This document shows, one piece after another, positions 19,348 to 31,359 of a stretch of DNA of 36,781 bases (position 1 is its first letter; every line of letters starts with the position of its first letter). Both the position numbers and the translations under genes were made by a program. The stretch is from Saprolegnia diclina VS20 (taxonomy: Eukaryota), in NCBI RefSeq assembly GCF_000281045.1, contig NW_008246093.1, positions 524,354-561,134 on the forward strand, read 5' to 3'. The notes beneath the pieces were generated by a model that did no database searches, was not told the DNA's origin, and saw nothing but the letters and a program-made list of their open reading frames with translations.

Positions 19348-20887
19348 ATGGCACTTGTCCGGGCCGCCGCCGCAGTCGCCTCTCTTCTCGCCACGACCTG
19401 TTGCGGCAAGGAGTTCTCGGCCAGCGTCTCCGAGATCGACGTCATCCCGCTCATGCCCTACGAGCCCTACACGCTGCCTCGCATGCGGTGGGCCGATCTC
19501 AACCGCGCTTTGGGCAGTGAGGCCGGTGACAAGATGCTCAAGACCACGGAAATCGACACGCTCCTCGGCAAGATTGGCGTGCTCAAGGAAGATAAGGCGG
19601 CTTTCGACAAGCTCTCGTCCATGGAAGTCCAGGCGCTTTACGGCGACTCGGAGTTTGAGAAGGAAAAGGACGTGCTCGTGGCGCTCGAGTTGTACGGCGA
19701 AGGCGACGTTGCCTCGGGCATTGAGATCCTCGAGCAATTGCAAAGCTACATCGAGCGCACGCGCGGGAAGGATCATCCGCTGTACGCCAACGGGCTCGCC
19801 GACCTCGGCCTCGGGTACATGCTTCAGCGCGACTTTACCAAATCTCACGAGCTTCTCATCGCTGCCATGACGCTAGACGAAGGTACAGGTCTCTTTGACA
19901 ACTCCTTGCCGAACAAAGCGATGGCTAGCCAACCAAGACAACTTTGGCGTCTACAACCTGGCTGCGTCCATCAACCTCATGGGCACGTCGGCGCTGCGTT
20001 CGGGCGGCGGCCAGTTTGAGGCGCTCAGCGCCGCGTACGAGACGGCGTTCAACGCGCTACACAAGATCGAGCATCCGGGTACCATCCTTTTGACATTGCA
20101 CTTCTCACATTGCATGTAGCGCGCTACGAGATCGTTGCCAACATGGCCAACATGTACCGCATGCATTGGCGTCCGCTGCGTGCGATCCAAATGTTCAAGA
20201 TCGCCAAGCAGTTCGACGCGCCGCCACGGTATAGCGGCGACGTGGCGCATGGCCTTGGGCTCAGCTACCTCATGATGGGCGAAGCCAAGCAAGCCAAGGA
20301 CCTTTTCCAATCGGCCATCGAGAGGTGCGATCGTCTCGTCGTATCGACCAGAGGATTGATACATACACCATGCAGCTACAAACTACACGGCAAGGACACG
20401 ACGCGCAGCCACGTCGATGCGACATTCCAGCTGGCCACCGCTGAAATCATGCTCGGCCAGTACGGGCGCGCCTTGCGGCATTTGCAAACGCTGCGGAAAT
20501 CCACGCATGTCGACGCCAACCCGCTGGCGCAAGCACTCGTGATGACGACGCTCGGTCAATGCCTCGTTGAAATGGGCTACGTGGAGCAGTCGATCGCGAT
20601 GCTCGCAGCTGCTCTCGCCCGCCTCGAGTACACTCTTCGCTCTATCTCGCTTTGCTAACGTGTCGAGTAGGTCGGCCGAGCCCGTCGCAGCAGCAAACGA
20701 CCTTGCCCCGTATCTACCCTTTATCCACATCAAGCTCTTGCACTGGACAGCGACGGCGCATGAAAAGCAGGATGCGAATGCGACCGCCACCGCCGCCCAC
20801 CACACGACCGCGTACGAGCGCAGTGCATACGTTCTGGGCGAGAACCACCGCGTGACGCAGCTGCATCAGGCGAAAATCACCAGCTAA
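19348..20887 (+). CDS. Signal-peptide-bearing TPR-like helical repeat protein, 5 exons
   Basis: Introns 19883-19928, 20079-20119, 20325-20375 and 20628-20670 (all GT-AG) join the ORF fragments in frame. TPR-like segments HPLYANGLADLGLGY, VAHGLGLSYLMMGEAKQAKDLF and VMTTLGQCLVEMG. Inr-like GCTCAGTTGCGCAATTCC at 19323-19340. Confidence 0.8.
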
Positions 20888-20940
20888 GAACGTATTTGGT
20901 TGCATACGACTTATGTTGTTGCGACGCTCGAGCGGTTCTT

Positions 20941-21974
20941 CTACGAGGCAACGGGCGGGCGGAGGTACGCCATGGTCGTGTCGTAGGCGTAAAATGTGAT
21001 GGCGGCGCCCGGAATACCGCGCGAAAAGGCGGCTTGCCAGCCATAAAACACTCGACCAAGGCCGTCGCGTCGCACGAGGTCGACGCCGGTGGCCAGCATT
21101 CCCTTGGTCGTATGGGGGTTGACTTGAATCACCGTCTTGATCTGCTCATAGCATGAGTGCAAAGGAGCTCTCGCTCGGGACGTACAGTATCGAACGGAAG
21201 CGCGATCGCCCAAAAGGAAATGCCACCGAGAGCGCCTGCGATGAGCACACGGGTGGTCGGATGCCAGTCCGATGGCAGGTGGGACCTAGCCACCTTGAGT
21301 CAATTTCGCATTGTTGAGCAGAGACGTGCGTACTTGGCGACATCGAATCCCACAAAATACAAACCCACGCCGAGTGCGTCCCGTGTGATCGTTGCCGACA
21401 GTCCTTTCCAGAGCGCCAAGACGCCTATAAGATATGAGAAGTATCCGTGTTGACATGCGTATGTTGTACCTTCGCGCTTGACGACCTTAGCAATCACATC
21501 GAACGTCCCGGTGTACTGCTGCGACGCGGACGCGCCCTGCACTTGAAGGCGGTTGCGGACGAGCTCGACTGGGGCCACCAGCGTCGCGTTGATGCCGCTA
21601 GAACACCACGTCAGTCAAGTAGTCGAGGACACGGCGCCGTACCCGGCGATGGCGCCGCTGACAATGGTCGAGAGCAGCGGCGACGGCTCAGCGACTGTCG
21701 CGGCCAAGAGCTGCCGGACCTTGCTTTGTGTCGTGAAGATGACCGACTTGTACACGGCCTGGGAGAAGAATGGCGGGAAGAAGCCGCGGTAGAGGCCGCG
21801 GAGGCCTTCGTGCTGGATGGTGCTGGCGACGACCGACGTAAAGGACCGGGACGAGGCGTGCTGCAGCCGCGTGCGAATCGTGTCGAGCGGATGACACACG
21901 ACGACGCTCGACATGCCCGAGACCGACCCGGCGACAACATGCTCGTAGAACGTGGGCTGGCGGCTCGTGGTCAT
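20941..21974 (-). CDS. Mitochondrial carrier (SLC25; carnitine/basic amino acid carrier-like), 5 exons
   Basis: Three Px[DE]xx[KR]xxxQ signatures: PLDTIRTRLQ, PVELVRNRLQ, PFDTIKTVIQ. Introns 21598-21642, 21425-21469, 21286-21333 and 21142-21185. Confidence 0.92.
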
Positions 21975-22296
21975 CGCTGCCAGCTAATTTTACCCAACTG
22001 GTGTCGCCAGTGTGTACGTTGGCTGAAAACACGCCATTTGACGACGTTTGGTATCTCCATCGCGCTCTACAGTATACGTCGAGACAGCTCTAGAATTATA
22101 ACAAGCATCATCTCACCATGACGTCAAACTGCATCATCCATGCGAGCTGCGGCGAAATCCCACTGACCACGGCGAACGCACTCGCCGGATTCATAATGTG
22201 CGTGTAATTAGCCACTTGCCAGTTGCACTTTAATGACAAAAAAAGGGTGCCATAGGAAAATGCCATCAGATCATTTTCCAGTTGACGTGTGCGGCA

Positions 22297-22915
22297 ATGG
22301 CTTCGTCGTCGCGCCGGCTGCTGCTGCTCGCGCTCCTCATCGGGCTCCTCGGTGTCTTCTGGCCGCAGATCGAAGAGGCCTTCTTCCACTCGTGCCCGTT
22401 TCTCTTCAACCGCAACGCTGCCGACGACGTCGCGCCCATCGTTGCCGCTGCGGACCTGCCCGTCTTCACTGTCGCCACGCTCGGCGCCTTTGATGGCACC
22501 GACGACGCCAAGCCCATCTATATGGCAGTGGGCGGCAAGGTGCTGGACGTTACGAGCGGCGAGCGGTTCTACAAGAAGGGCAACGGCTACCACCAGTTTG
22601 CCGGCAAAGTACGCTGCTTGTTCTCTCGATATCCTTGTTCCTAACGTCCTATGTAGGCTTGCACTCGTGCTTTGACGATCGCGTCACTCGAAGCCAAGGA
22701 CATGTCGGACGACATTTCCGACTTTACGCCCGAGCAACTCGCGGAGCTAGAGAAGACACTTGCGTTTTACCACGGCAAGTATCCCGTGGTACGTCCTCGC
22801 TTCCAATGAGCTGCAAGCATCAATGTGGCGAATCTAGGTTGGTACGATGGACTATGCATTCGAGATCCCATCTACAAGCGACAGCGATAACTCAGCAGCA
22901 TCACCGGCGCCTTGA
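22297..22915 (+). CDS. Membrane-anchored cytochrome b5-like heme/steroid-binding protein (MAPR family), 3 exons
   Basis: N-terminal TM, then FDGTD..PIYMAVGGKVLDVTSG..FY..GNGYHQFAGK/ACTRAL...KYPV/VG. Introns 22609-22656 and 22789-22837. Inr-like TCATTTTCCAGTTG at 22271-22284. Confidence 0.9.
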
Positions 22916-23706
22916 TCGTCGGCCGAAACCTTTATGATCACAAGCAGCTGGTCATCATTTTGGGTATTCTCTGCACACCACATGACACGAAAGATGCATC
23001 GTTGGGAGGCTGCACCACCGCAGCAAGTCGCCATCGCAAAACGCCCAGCGAACCACGAGACGTGCACACGGCGTATCGCAACTCCGCGGGCGGACACCGC
23101 AAGTGGGCCATTTCGTGCTACTCCATCGCTCCTGTCTCTGATCGGGTGTACATCGCTGGCTCGCCTGTGCGTAGCTGTAGTACTGGTAGCTACTCGACCC
23201 TGTCACGGGCGCCCTCATACTTGAACTGCAGACATGTTCTACTAGCACGAGGCTGCGCGCAGTCTTGCATGCAGGTGCAGGAGCTCAACCAAAGTGACAA
23301 AGTGAGACCGGGCAAGCGTCGTCCTTTCTAAAAGCAAGGCGTCGCATCCGTTACGCTGCTATTTCGCTTGATGGCGACGCGAGCGTGAGCTCGTGGCCAC
23401 TCGAATGCGCCGGTCCGTGTATCGCTTCGAGTGCAGTTCTTATGGCGCGGCAAAGGGGGCACGGTTGTCCTTGCCTTGGTGCGGAAAAGTATCTTTGCCG
23501 TGGGAATTGCACATAATATCTTGATGTTTGTATAAAGTGAAAATCGTTTTGCACGCGTGAATAACCCATCCCGCAGTATCCGGACGGTAATCCGCATACC
23601 GCACTTCAACCGGCTGACGTGGCCAATCAGAAGCATCGCAATGATAAAGGCAACCTCATGATTGCGCAGTTCCACATTTGCTCGCTCCTCGATAAGACGC
23701 CTAACT

Positions 23707-25247
23707 ATGTCGTCGGTTCTGCAGCAATCCCTTGGCGAAGACGAAGTCTTTGAGCTTGTCTGCGACTACCTCCGCACGCGCAAGTTCTACCAAGCTGAGC
23801 AAGCGCTGGTCCACGAACGCGATCAAGCCGCGGCCCTGGAAACGCCGGCGCCCAAGAACCAGGTCGAGCCCGCCGCACCGTCCAAGCTCGAGAGCCTCCT
23901 CGAGCGATCGTACGTCACGGGCTTCGCGTCGGGCGAGCTCCCGCCGTCGCCCAAGCCGGCCCACCGCACCAATCTCGACGGCAACGACATCTCGTCGGCG
24001 CAGCTCTCGGAGAGCGAAGACGATGACGAGGCGGCCTATGGCTTTAGCACCAAGCTCGTGGCCTTTGAGGCGTGCAAGGACGACCCGCACGGGTCGGCGA
24101 CGATGCCGATCTACCAGACGTCGACGTTTGCGCAGAAATCGGCCACCGAGTTTGGCGCATACGACTACACGCGGTCCGGCAACCCGACGCGCGCGGCGCT
24201 CGAGCGGCAGATGGCCGAGATCGAGCATGGCCACCGCGCGTTTGCCTTCACGTCCGGCATGGCGGCGCTGGCGGCCATCTCGCGTCTCGCCAAGGCCGGC
24301 GATCACATTGTGCTCTCGGACGACTCGTACGGCGGGACGTACCGCCTCCTCTCCAAGCTCACAGCGCGCAACGGCGTCCATGTCAAGTACGTCGATCTCT
24401 CGGGCCACGACGGCCCGGCCAACCTCCGCGCAGCCATCAACACGGAGACAAAGCTCGTCATGATGGAGTCGCCGACCAACCCGATGCAGCGCATCTGCAA
24501 CATCCCCGCTTTGGCTACAGTCGCCCACAAGTTTGGGTGCGTTTTGCATCGAAATCTTATTGCAATAAGACTTACATTTCTCGGCATAGGGCGCTTTTGA
24601 GTGTCGACAATACGATGATGAGCCCGATTCTGCAAAACCCGCTCGTGCTCGGCGCCGACATTTGCATGCACTCGGCCACCAAGTTTATCTGCGGCCACTC
24701 GGACACGATGTCGGGCATTGTCATTGCCAAGGACCCGGAGCTGTGTCGGGAGCTCTACTTTGTCCAGAACGCCGAGGGCACGGGCTTGGCGCCGATGGAC
24801 TGCTGGCTCCTGCTGCGCGGCATCAAGACCATGGGTCTCCGTGTGCTCACGGCGCAAGAGAACGCGATGCGCGTTGCGGCTTTTCTGAGCAACCACCCGG
24901 CAGTCACCAAGGTCTTCTACGCGGGCCTCCCGACGGCCAACCACCGCGACATCCACTATGCGCAGGCGCGGGGCGCAGGCTCGGTCATTACGTTTTGCAC
25001 GGGCAACCTCGCTTTTAGCCAGCACGTGGTGAGCACGACCAAGCTCTTCAAGATCACAGTCAGCTTTGGCAGCGTCAACTCGCTCATCTCGCTGCCCGGT
25101 GTCATGTCCCACGCCAGCATCCCGGAGGAAGTCCGGAAAGCGCGGTCGTTCCCAGAAGACCTCGTGCGCCTCTCGATTGGCATTGAAGACGTCCAAGATC
25201 TCATCAACGACCTCCAGCGCGCGTTCCAGTCGTTCACGGCGCAGTAA
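23707..25247 (+). CDS. metC: Cystathionine beta-lyase (PLP Cys/Met metabolism family) with N-terminal LisH-like extension, 2 exons
   Basis: PIYQTSTF, YDYTRSGNPTR, FTSGMAA, ESPTNP, VDNT, PLP-lysine HSATKFICGHSD, ITVSFG and RLSIGIED. Intron 24537-24589. Confidence 0.9.
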
Positions 25248-25999
25248 TTAATCCTCGTATAGTAGACGCGTAGACCACGAGGAACCACTGATTCGTGGCG
25301 CCTTTGGCTCGTTCCTGGACTTGACTGTCCGGCAACTGACCCAAGGGTGCAACCACACGCTCTGTGCCCTCTAAGATCTACCCCAATGTATTTTTGTATC
25401 GATCCACCCTCCTTCCTTTCTCGCTAGCATCAGAATCAACTCGACTGTCCCGCTCGGAATCGGACAGAGCTGCAGTAAGGAACTGCGTTGATGTCCCGCC
25501 GTCCGAGGTTAGCCGGCGGTAATTGGAAGTGGCCAGGGTCGATTTTCAGCTGCTCGAACCTCTCGGCGTCCATTACCGGTGTCCGAGTCAAGTCGTCGAA
25601 GCCTACGTCGCTCGTCGTCGCTGAGAGTCCTTCACTTCTTCGTCTCTACAACCTTGTTAGACAAGGCCTCTCTCTGTTAGTCAACGCGAAGGCTGTGGAA
25701 GTCGCCTAACCTTTCGGTTACAAAAGCCACTTCGACATGGCCTTTCTACAGCCCTGTGCTGCGACCACGCTGCACCGTCCTCTCGCCTGACAGACAACGC
25801 AGCTCCGCGACAAAACGTCTTGTTATGGCTGCTTGCAGCCAACAATAGGCTATGGTCTGCTGGCTGCATAATATGCGCCAGCATGGTTGCCCGTCGGTTC
25901 AACGCTGCAAAAACATGCAGTGGACCGGGACTTTTGGCCAATCAGCGGCCGGCGCCACCGACTCGACGGCGCGTATCAATCACATTTTCCAATAGTTCG

Positions 26000-27832
26000 A
26001 TGGCCGGCCATCGAGGACGTTGGCTGGCGCGCTTCGCGTCAGTCGTGGCCGCGCCGCCCGCGCCGCGCTTGGCGACGCTGCGCCGCCACCTCCAGGCCGG
26101 CGATGTCACTCGCGCGCTCTCACTGCGGTCGCCCAACTCGGCCGCCAAGCTCGATGTGCTCACCGACTTTGTTGCGCACATTGATGCGCTCAACCCGGCG
26201 CTTGCGCAAAAGACCGCTGCGTTCTTCATGAAGCGCGACGTACACCTCGCGCCGACGCTGCTGCGTGCGTACGAGACGCTCAACGTGACCTTGCCGCCCG
26301 CTGCGCTCAAGGACATGCTCATGGCGCTCTCCCAAGCCGGGGAAACCCGCGCTGTGCTCCAAGTGCTGCAGATGGCGCAGACGCGCAACATGCATGTGCC
26401 ACCGGAGGCGTTGCTGCAGTGCTTTCTCGCGTGCGAACCAACGGACGACCGCGGCCCGCGCGACCCGCGCCCGCTCGCATCGCCGCTCCTTGCGCTCTTG
26501 CAGCAGCAGCGCGTCAACGTGAGCTACCCGTCGTTTGGCGCGTCCATCGTGCGCGTCTGCCTCAAGCTCGATGCGATTCCAGAAGCCCTCGCGATCGCCA
26601 CGGCACTGTATCCGACTCTGCCGCCACCGCTGGCCAACCTCGTCGACAATCTCCGCGCGCTCCACGCGTATCCGGATTTCCAAAGTCTCTGGGTGCAGTT
26701 TGCATTGTGCCATAACAAGGACGTGGCTGAGCCGCTCTTTCAAGCGCTGCAAAGCTCGCCCATTGCGCTGCAGGCATCCGGCAAGCTTCTCAGCAGCGTG
26801 GCGTCGGCGCTCTTCCGCCAAGGCAAGCATGGCTTGGCGTGCGACGCGGTGGCGGCCGCGTTGCGCGTGGCGCCGGTGCCGTACCACGTGTTTGCAACGG
26901 GCTTTAGCGGCATGACGGTCTCGTCGTACGGCCTCTCGACGCTGTTGGAGCTTCTCTGGACCGCGATCGAGTCGGATCACATTGACGACGGCGCCAGCCT
27001 CCGCCACGTGGACGCCGCGATCCGCGCCTGTTTGCGGCACAATGACGTGGCAAACGCGCTGCGCTTGTACGCGTATCTTTCGAAAGACGCGCCGCCCGAA
27101 CCGTCGCGGTACACGGCCACGATGGACTACCTCGCGCTCGCCCCGGCCGAGTGCCACCACCACCTTCTCGCTTTTCTCGTACACCGGCGCACGGACACGG
27201 CGATGGCCCTTTTCGAAAGTCTAGTCAAGGCCAACGTTCCGATCTCGCCCAAGACGCTCAAGGACATGGTCATGGCCGTCCACCGGACCCCGGGGCACGT
27301 GGTCACGCTTCTCGAGTACGCCTTGTCGTCTCGTGTGGCACTGCCCGTCGTGATGGCGACGACGATTCTCTCCAAAGGCGGCAAGGACCACGAAGAGGTT
27401 GTCGACGCGATCTTGAACCTCATGGACGCCGACTTGATCCTGACCAACGGCATCGTCCTTGGGGCAACGGTTTCCGACTACGACACGGCGTCGCACGCCG
27501 CGCAGCGGGCGCTGGCCCTTGGTCGGCGTCAGCTCGGGCGCATGCTCGCCGACACCACCGCGTCCCATCCAGTCGATGTCACGGGTATTGTCAGGTTCCT
27601 CGTGCTTCATGAGCCCGAGATTGGCATGGCGCGCTTCCGGCAGTGCGCGGCCGCGTCCATGGTGCTCACGCCTCGGACGATCGTGGCGCTGCTGCGACAC
27701 GCGGCGACGACCGTCGACGACGTCAACGCGCTCATTACGTACGCCAAGTCGACGCAGTGCGTGTTGCCAGGACACATTGTCGGCGAGGTCCTCGACAAGT
27801 TTGGCCCGCCGTCCACTGCCTCGTCGATTTGA
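26000..27832 (+). CDS. Uncharacterised alpha-helical (PPR-like) repeat protein with an Arg-rich, possibly mitochondrial presequence; may extend to 27975 across a frameshift
   Basis: Long ORF with gene-like codon usage. N-terminus MAGHRGRWLARFASVV has no acidic residues. Internal ~100-aa repeats; helical pairs such as AAIRACLRHNDVANALRLY. Confidence 0.7.
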   Translation: MAGHRGRWLARFASVVAAPPAPRLATLRRHLQAGDVTRALSLRSPNSAAKLDVLTDFVAHIDALNPALAQKTAAFFMKRDVHLAPTLLRAYETLNVTLPPAALKDMLMALSQAGETRAVLQVLQMAQTRNMHVPPEALLQCFLACEPTDDRGPRDPRPLASPLLALLQQQRVNVSYPSFGASIVRVCLKLDAIPEALAIATALYPTLPPPLANLVDNLRALHAYPDFQSLWVQFALCHNKDVAEPLFQALQSSPIALQASGKLLSSVASALFRQGKHGLACDAVAAALRVAPVPYHVFATGFSGMTVSSYGLSTLLELLWTAIESDHIDDGASLRHVDAAIRACLRHNDVANALRLYAYLSKDAPPEPSRYTATMDYLALAPAECHHHLLAFLVHRRTDTAMALFESLVKANVPISPKTLKDMVMAVHRTPGHVVTLLEYALSSRVALPVVMATTILSKGGKDHEEVVDAILNLMDADLILTNGIVLGATVSDYDTASHAAQRALALGRRQLGRMLADTTASHPVDVTGIVRFLVLHEPEIGMARFRQCAAASMVLTPRTIVALLRHAATTVDDVNALITYAKSTQCVLPGHIVGEVLDKFGPPSTASSI

Positions 27833-29248
27833 TGGCGTCGCGCATGGTGACGCTCAACCGTCACGGGCTCCGATCCATTTTGTATGCGTCGCAGGACCCC
27901 GTCATGGTGCAGAAATGCATGGAGCTGGGTCTAGAGCGCGGGTTTGACTTGCCCCTGCACCTTCTCCACGCCTAGTTTTGGTACTGGCTTTGAATTTAAT
28001 ATCGTATCTTCGCCTCACATGTGGTGTCACCGGAATCGCAAGGGCCTGGCGAGCGAGAACAAGCGTGCGAGATTGCGACGGCAAGATCAAGTATGGTCAC
28101 ACGCCGAGTGATTGCTGACCGTAAACATGCAACTAGGCAAAGCCAGCTACATCACACGTGCTCGACAGGACATATTGTGCTGCAACACGCGCGTCGACTG
28201 TAGCTACCGGTACGAGCAGCTCCAACTCGAGGGCGAACTGCTGGGCGAACCTTGTCTGTCGGCGGGCCGGACGCCACCGTATTTTGACACAATACACAAT
28301 ACACAATACATCTTGCCGCAAGAGAAACTGAGTCCGACCCCGTATACATGGACTGCCTCTCGAGTGGCGACCTTGCATAAACGTCAAGAGAGTGGGCGGT
28401 GCAGCCAAACGACGGCCACGTCAAGTGCACATTGATGATGCACTGGCGTCGCCGTCGTGGGTACCGCCACGTGTGGCCTCTCCAAAATCTGGGCCGAAGC
28501 TCAAATTCTGCGGATGTGGCTGCGACCCACCGTGGTGCAATCCTCGGCCCAAGCAGCCGGACAGGATTTTCGTGCATTTCTGAGACGCCAAATGATCGCT
28601 GCCAACGCCGCCAACGTACCGGTAGATTGCGACGACGCCAGGTGCACATGTGTGCGCAACACGCCAGAGAAGCCGGCGAGAACTAGCGAGTAGCCCGTGT
28701 CCTCTGCCGCAACTGCGGACCCAACTGCGCCGGTGGCAGCACGCTGTCATCGGTGCACCTCCCATATAATCCTTGCTGATTGGTGCAAAGTCAAACATGC
28801 AGCCAATCCCAGCGCATCGAACTTTCGTCGGAAAATTCGAATCCTGGACCACGCCCCTCGCAGCGCTCGTTTTCAGAACCCTGGACGCGCCGTCTCGGCG
28901 CTAAAGCCGTGCAGTACGAAGCAAGCTATTTATCCTCGAACGTCCTCCACGCATTCGAGTCAGTCGTTTCTACTCCTCAATGCTTGCATCTTCTTCCAGT
29001 CCTACCGCGCTTACATATTCGCTAGCCTCGCCTCGAGCCTCGATGTGTGGTCGTCCTGCGGCGCCATCGTGGTATCTCGTCGGACAAGTCTTGTCGTAGC
29101 GGGTCGTGCGGCAGGTGCCAGCTCGGAACACGCCAGCTGGAAGCGAAGATCGAAGACGACGGTCCCCTTTTTGTCACGCTCGCGATCTTGCCCTTTGGTC
29201 AAGTCCCGTTGGGTTTTATTTGAAGTTTTGCGACGTTGAAGACAGAAG

Positions 29249-29704
29249 ATGTTCCAATCGCCGTCCACCGAGCCGCTCGCGTCGTCGTCGTTCCCGCCGA
29301 CGCTCGCGCGCGCCCAGAGCTTCCTCGATGCGCGCACCGCCTTGGACGAAGGCAAGCGCAACCGCAGCCTCTCGGACCTCCAGGTGCGCGGCGGGGTCTT
29401 TCGGCGCGGCCCGATCGATTACAATGGCTGCGGCGCGTTCCTCGGCACGGCCGATGGCCGCAAGCGTGAGAGCCGCTGCGGCAACTGCGGCGACTTTGAC
29501 CATATTACGGTCGACTGCACACTACTCACGCTGTCGCCCGATGCGAGCGCGCCGCCGCACAGCTACATTCAGAAGGAGCGCCGTCGGTCCAACTCGCTCC
29601 TTGAAATGTGCAAGGAAGAAAGCGACAAGCTCGCGCTCGAGCAGGCGCCGAGCCATACCAAGCTGGACGACGACGACGAACACGATCCGCTGGCGCTCGC
29701 GTGA
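29249..29704 (+). CDS. Small CCHC zinc-knuckle protein, 151 aa
   Basis: CGNCGDFDHITVDC is C-x2-C-x4-H-x4-C; GC3-rich codons; preceded by DLQVRGG. Confidence 0.8.
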   Translation: MFQSPSTEPLASSSFPPTLARAQSFLDARTALDEGKRNRSLSDLQVRGGVFRRGPIDYNGCGAFLGTADGRKRESRCGNCGDFDHITVDCTLLTLSPDASAPPHSYIQKERRRSNSLLEMCKEESDKLALEQAPSHTKLDDDDEHDPLALA

Positions 29705-30532
29705 AGACTGCGGCGAATCTTGTTTTTATTTAAGTTGGTATCCCACACGGGGGCGTCGTCGGTTGCGCTGGGCGTACACTGTATTTTCAACCGTTTTTTA
29801 ATTTAGTCTTTTGTCAATGTGCCGCGAGTTTTCTTGTGGCGTCCGAAGGCGCGTTCCCAAGCTACTCCACGTGGCGACGGCACGCGATCTGGATCTGAGT
29901 TCATCCGGATAGCCACTCGAACACATTTCTGCGGTCGGACAATTTCTAATCCACCGGGGCAGTTGGGCGTCGCTGGAACCAAGCCCGCATTCAAGAACGT
30001 AGCTTTGCCCACTTGCATCAAGCAGCAGCAGCATGGGGCGGAAGGAAGACCGGTCGGTACCTCCGGAAGACCGTGTATATTGGTATCGCGGATTTCGCCC
30101 AATTCTGTCCTACCGGTAGGACGTCAAATGATCTACGACACAAGTGCCCACGTCTCTGGAAGTCTCTGGGAGGTCTACCAACGTATCTATATTATCGAGG
30201 CGCCGTTCTTTTGTTGCGTGCGAGGGTTTTGTGATCCCACTACAGAAGACCCATCGTTTAAAAACAGGAGTTTTCGATTGGCGCTGTGTTGTGTTCGAGT
30301 ACGTCATGCGTACTAGCAATGCAAATCGGCAGCAGACATTCGATGGGCCATGTGCAAGCCTTCAAACGCCGTTCCGCGACGTCCGAACAACATACTTGTC
30401 GCACAAAGCGCCACGTCATATTTTTTGAAACGCCCGATGCAAATGGCAGCCATCGCTTCACTTTGCCTTTTGATCGCCGATGTTGCATAGTACATTCGTA
30501 GTCCCCCGCTAGCCGTCCGCTCGACTGCTCAG

Positions 30533-30777
30533 TGTGGCGTCTTGGCAGCCCAGCCGACGACAACGAGGGGTGAGGGCGACACGGCGCTTCATGGCGGCTT
30601 CGCACGGACGTACATATCGCCTGCCAAAGCACTGTGGCTGCCATGGTGTCCCAAGGCATTTGTGCCGTGAAAACACGATCCCTGCACATTTTTGGCTGCA
30701 ACAACTGCCACCAAACCTCGCACCGGTCCATCAACTGCCCCTACTTGGTGTCGTGTCTCGAAAAGCCCTACCTGTAG
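30533..30777 (+). pseudogene. Frameshifted zinc-knuckle micro-gene (or 44-aa ORF 30643-30777)
   Basis: GDTALHGG (30575-30598) is in one frame and IFGCNNCHQTSHRSINCP in another. CGACACGGCGCTTC is identical to the 35418 copy. Confidence 0.65.
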
Positions 30778-31359
30778 CCATTTGCTGCATGATCGTTGTC
30801 CTCGTATTATTGTGGGCACGATGGTGATGAAGCGCTGGTCCCGGCCAGCGCGATTCAACTCGCAGGGAACAACAGCTTGGACAACGGACTGGACAGCGAG
30901 ACGACAATTTGTCCCTCCACTCCATTGTTCTCACTTTGCGCGATTTTGATCGACGTGCCCACCTTGTGTCGTGGGATGACGGCGCCGCTTTTTAACACTA
31001 AGATCTTGTGACGGATTGCAGCCGGACGACGCTCGTCTATGCCTCCATCATCATCCAAAGACGGAAACTGCTGGCCGTCACGTGACAGGACTTCCTTGCC
31101 TCAAGATTGCCGTGCTGCGGGTCCAGGTACACCATGAGGCACGTATGGCCACACATGCGGTAGATTTGTGTCGTGTGTTGAGGTCGGTCTTCGTTTCCTT
31201 CGCCCACAACGTTCGCTGGCGCTGGCAAGACTTGCAAACGACTGACGCCACGACGAGATATCTAAACACATAAAAATATCCACATCGCTGGCCAGTTGAA
31301 GTTGAAGGGAGAAGGTTGTTTCAGCGTTGCCAGCGTCTTGAAACGTGCACTTGCGATTC

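Noticed and set aside
10100..25247. A metal/sulfur gene cluster (reductase, PLAC8, MAPR, carrier, cystathionine beta-lyase)
   Set aside because: The thematic link is loose, unrelated genes intervene and no shared regulatory motif was found.
28019..28693. Possible small spliced gene (intron-like GTATGG...CTGAC...CTAG near 28091-28136; ORF 28457-28693)
   Set aside because: No consistent exon chain or recognisable protein could be built.
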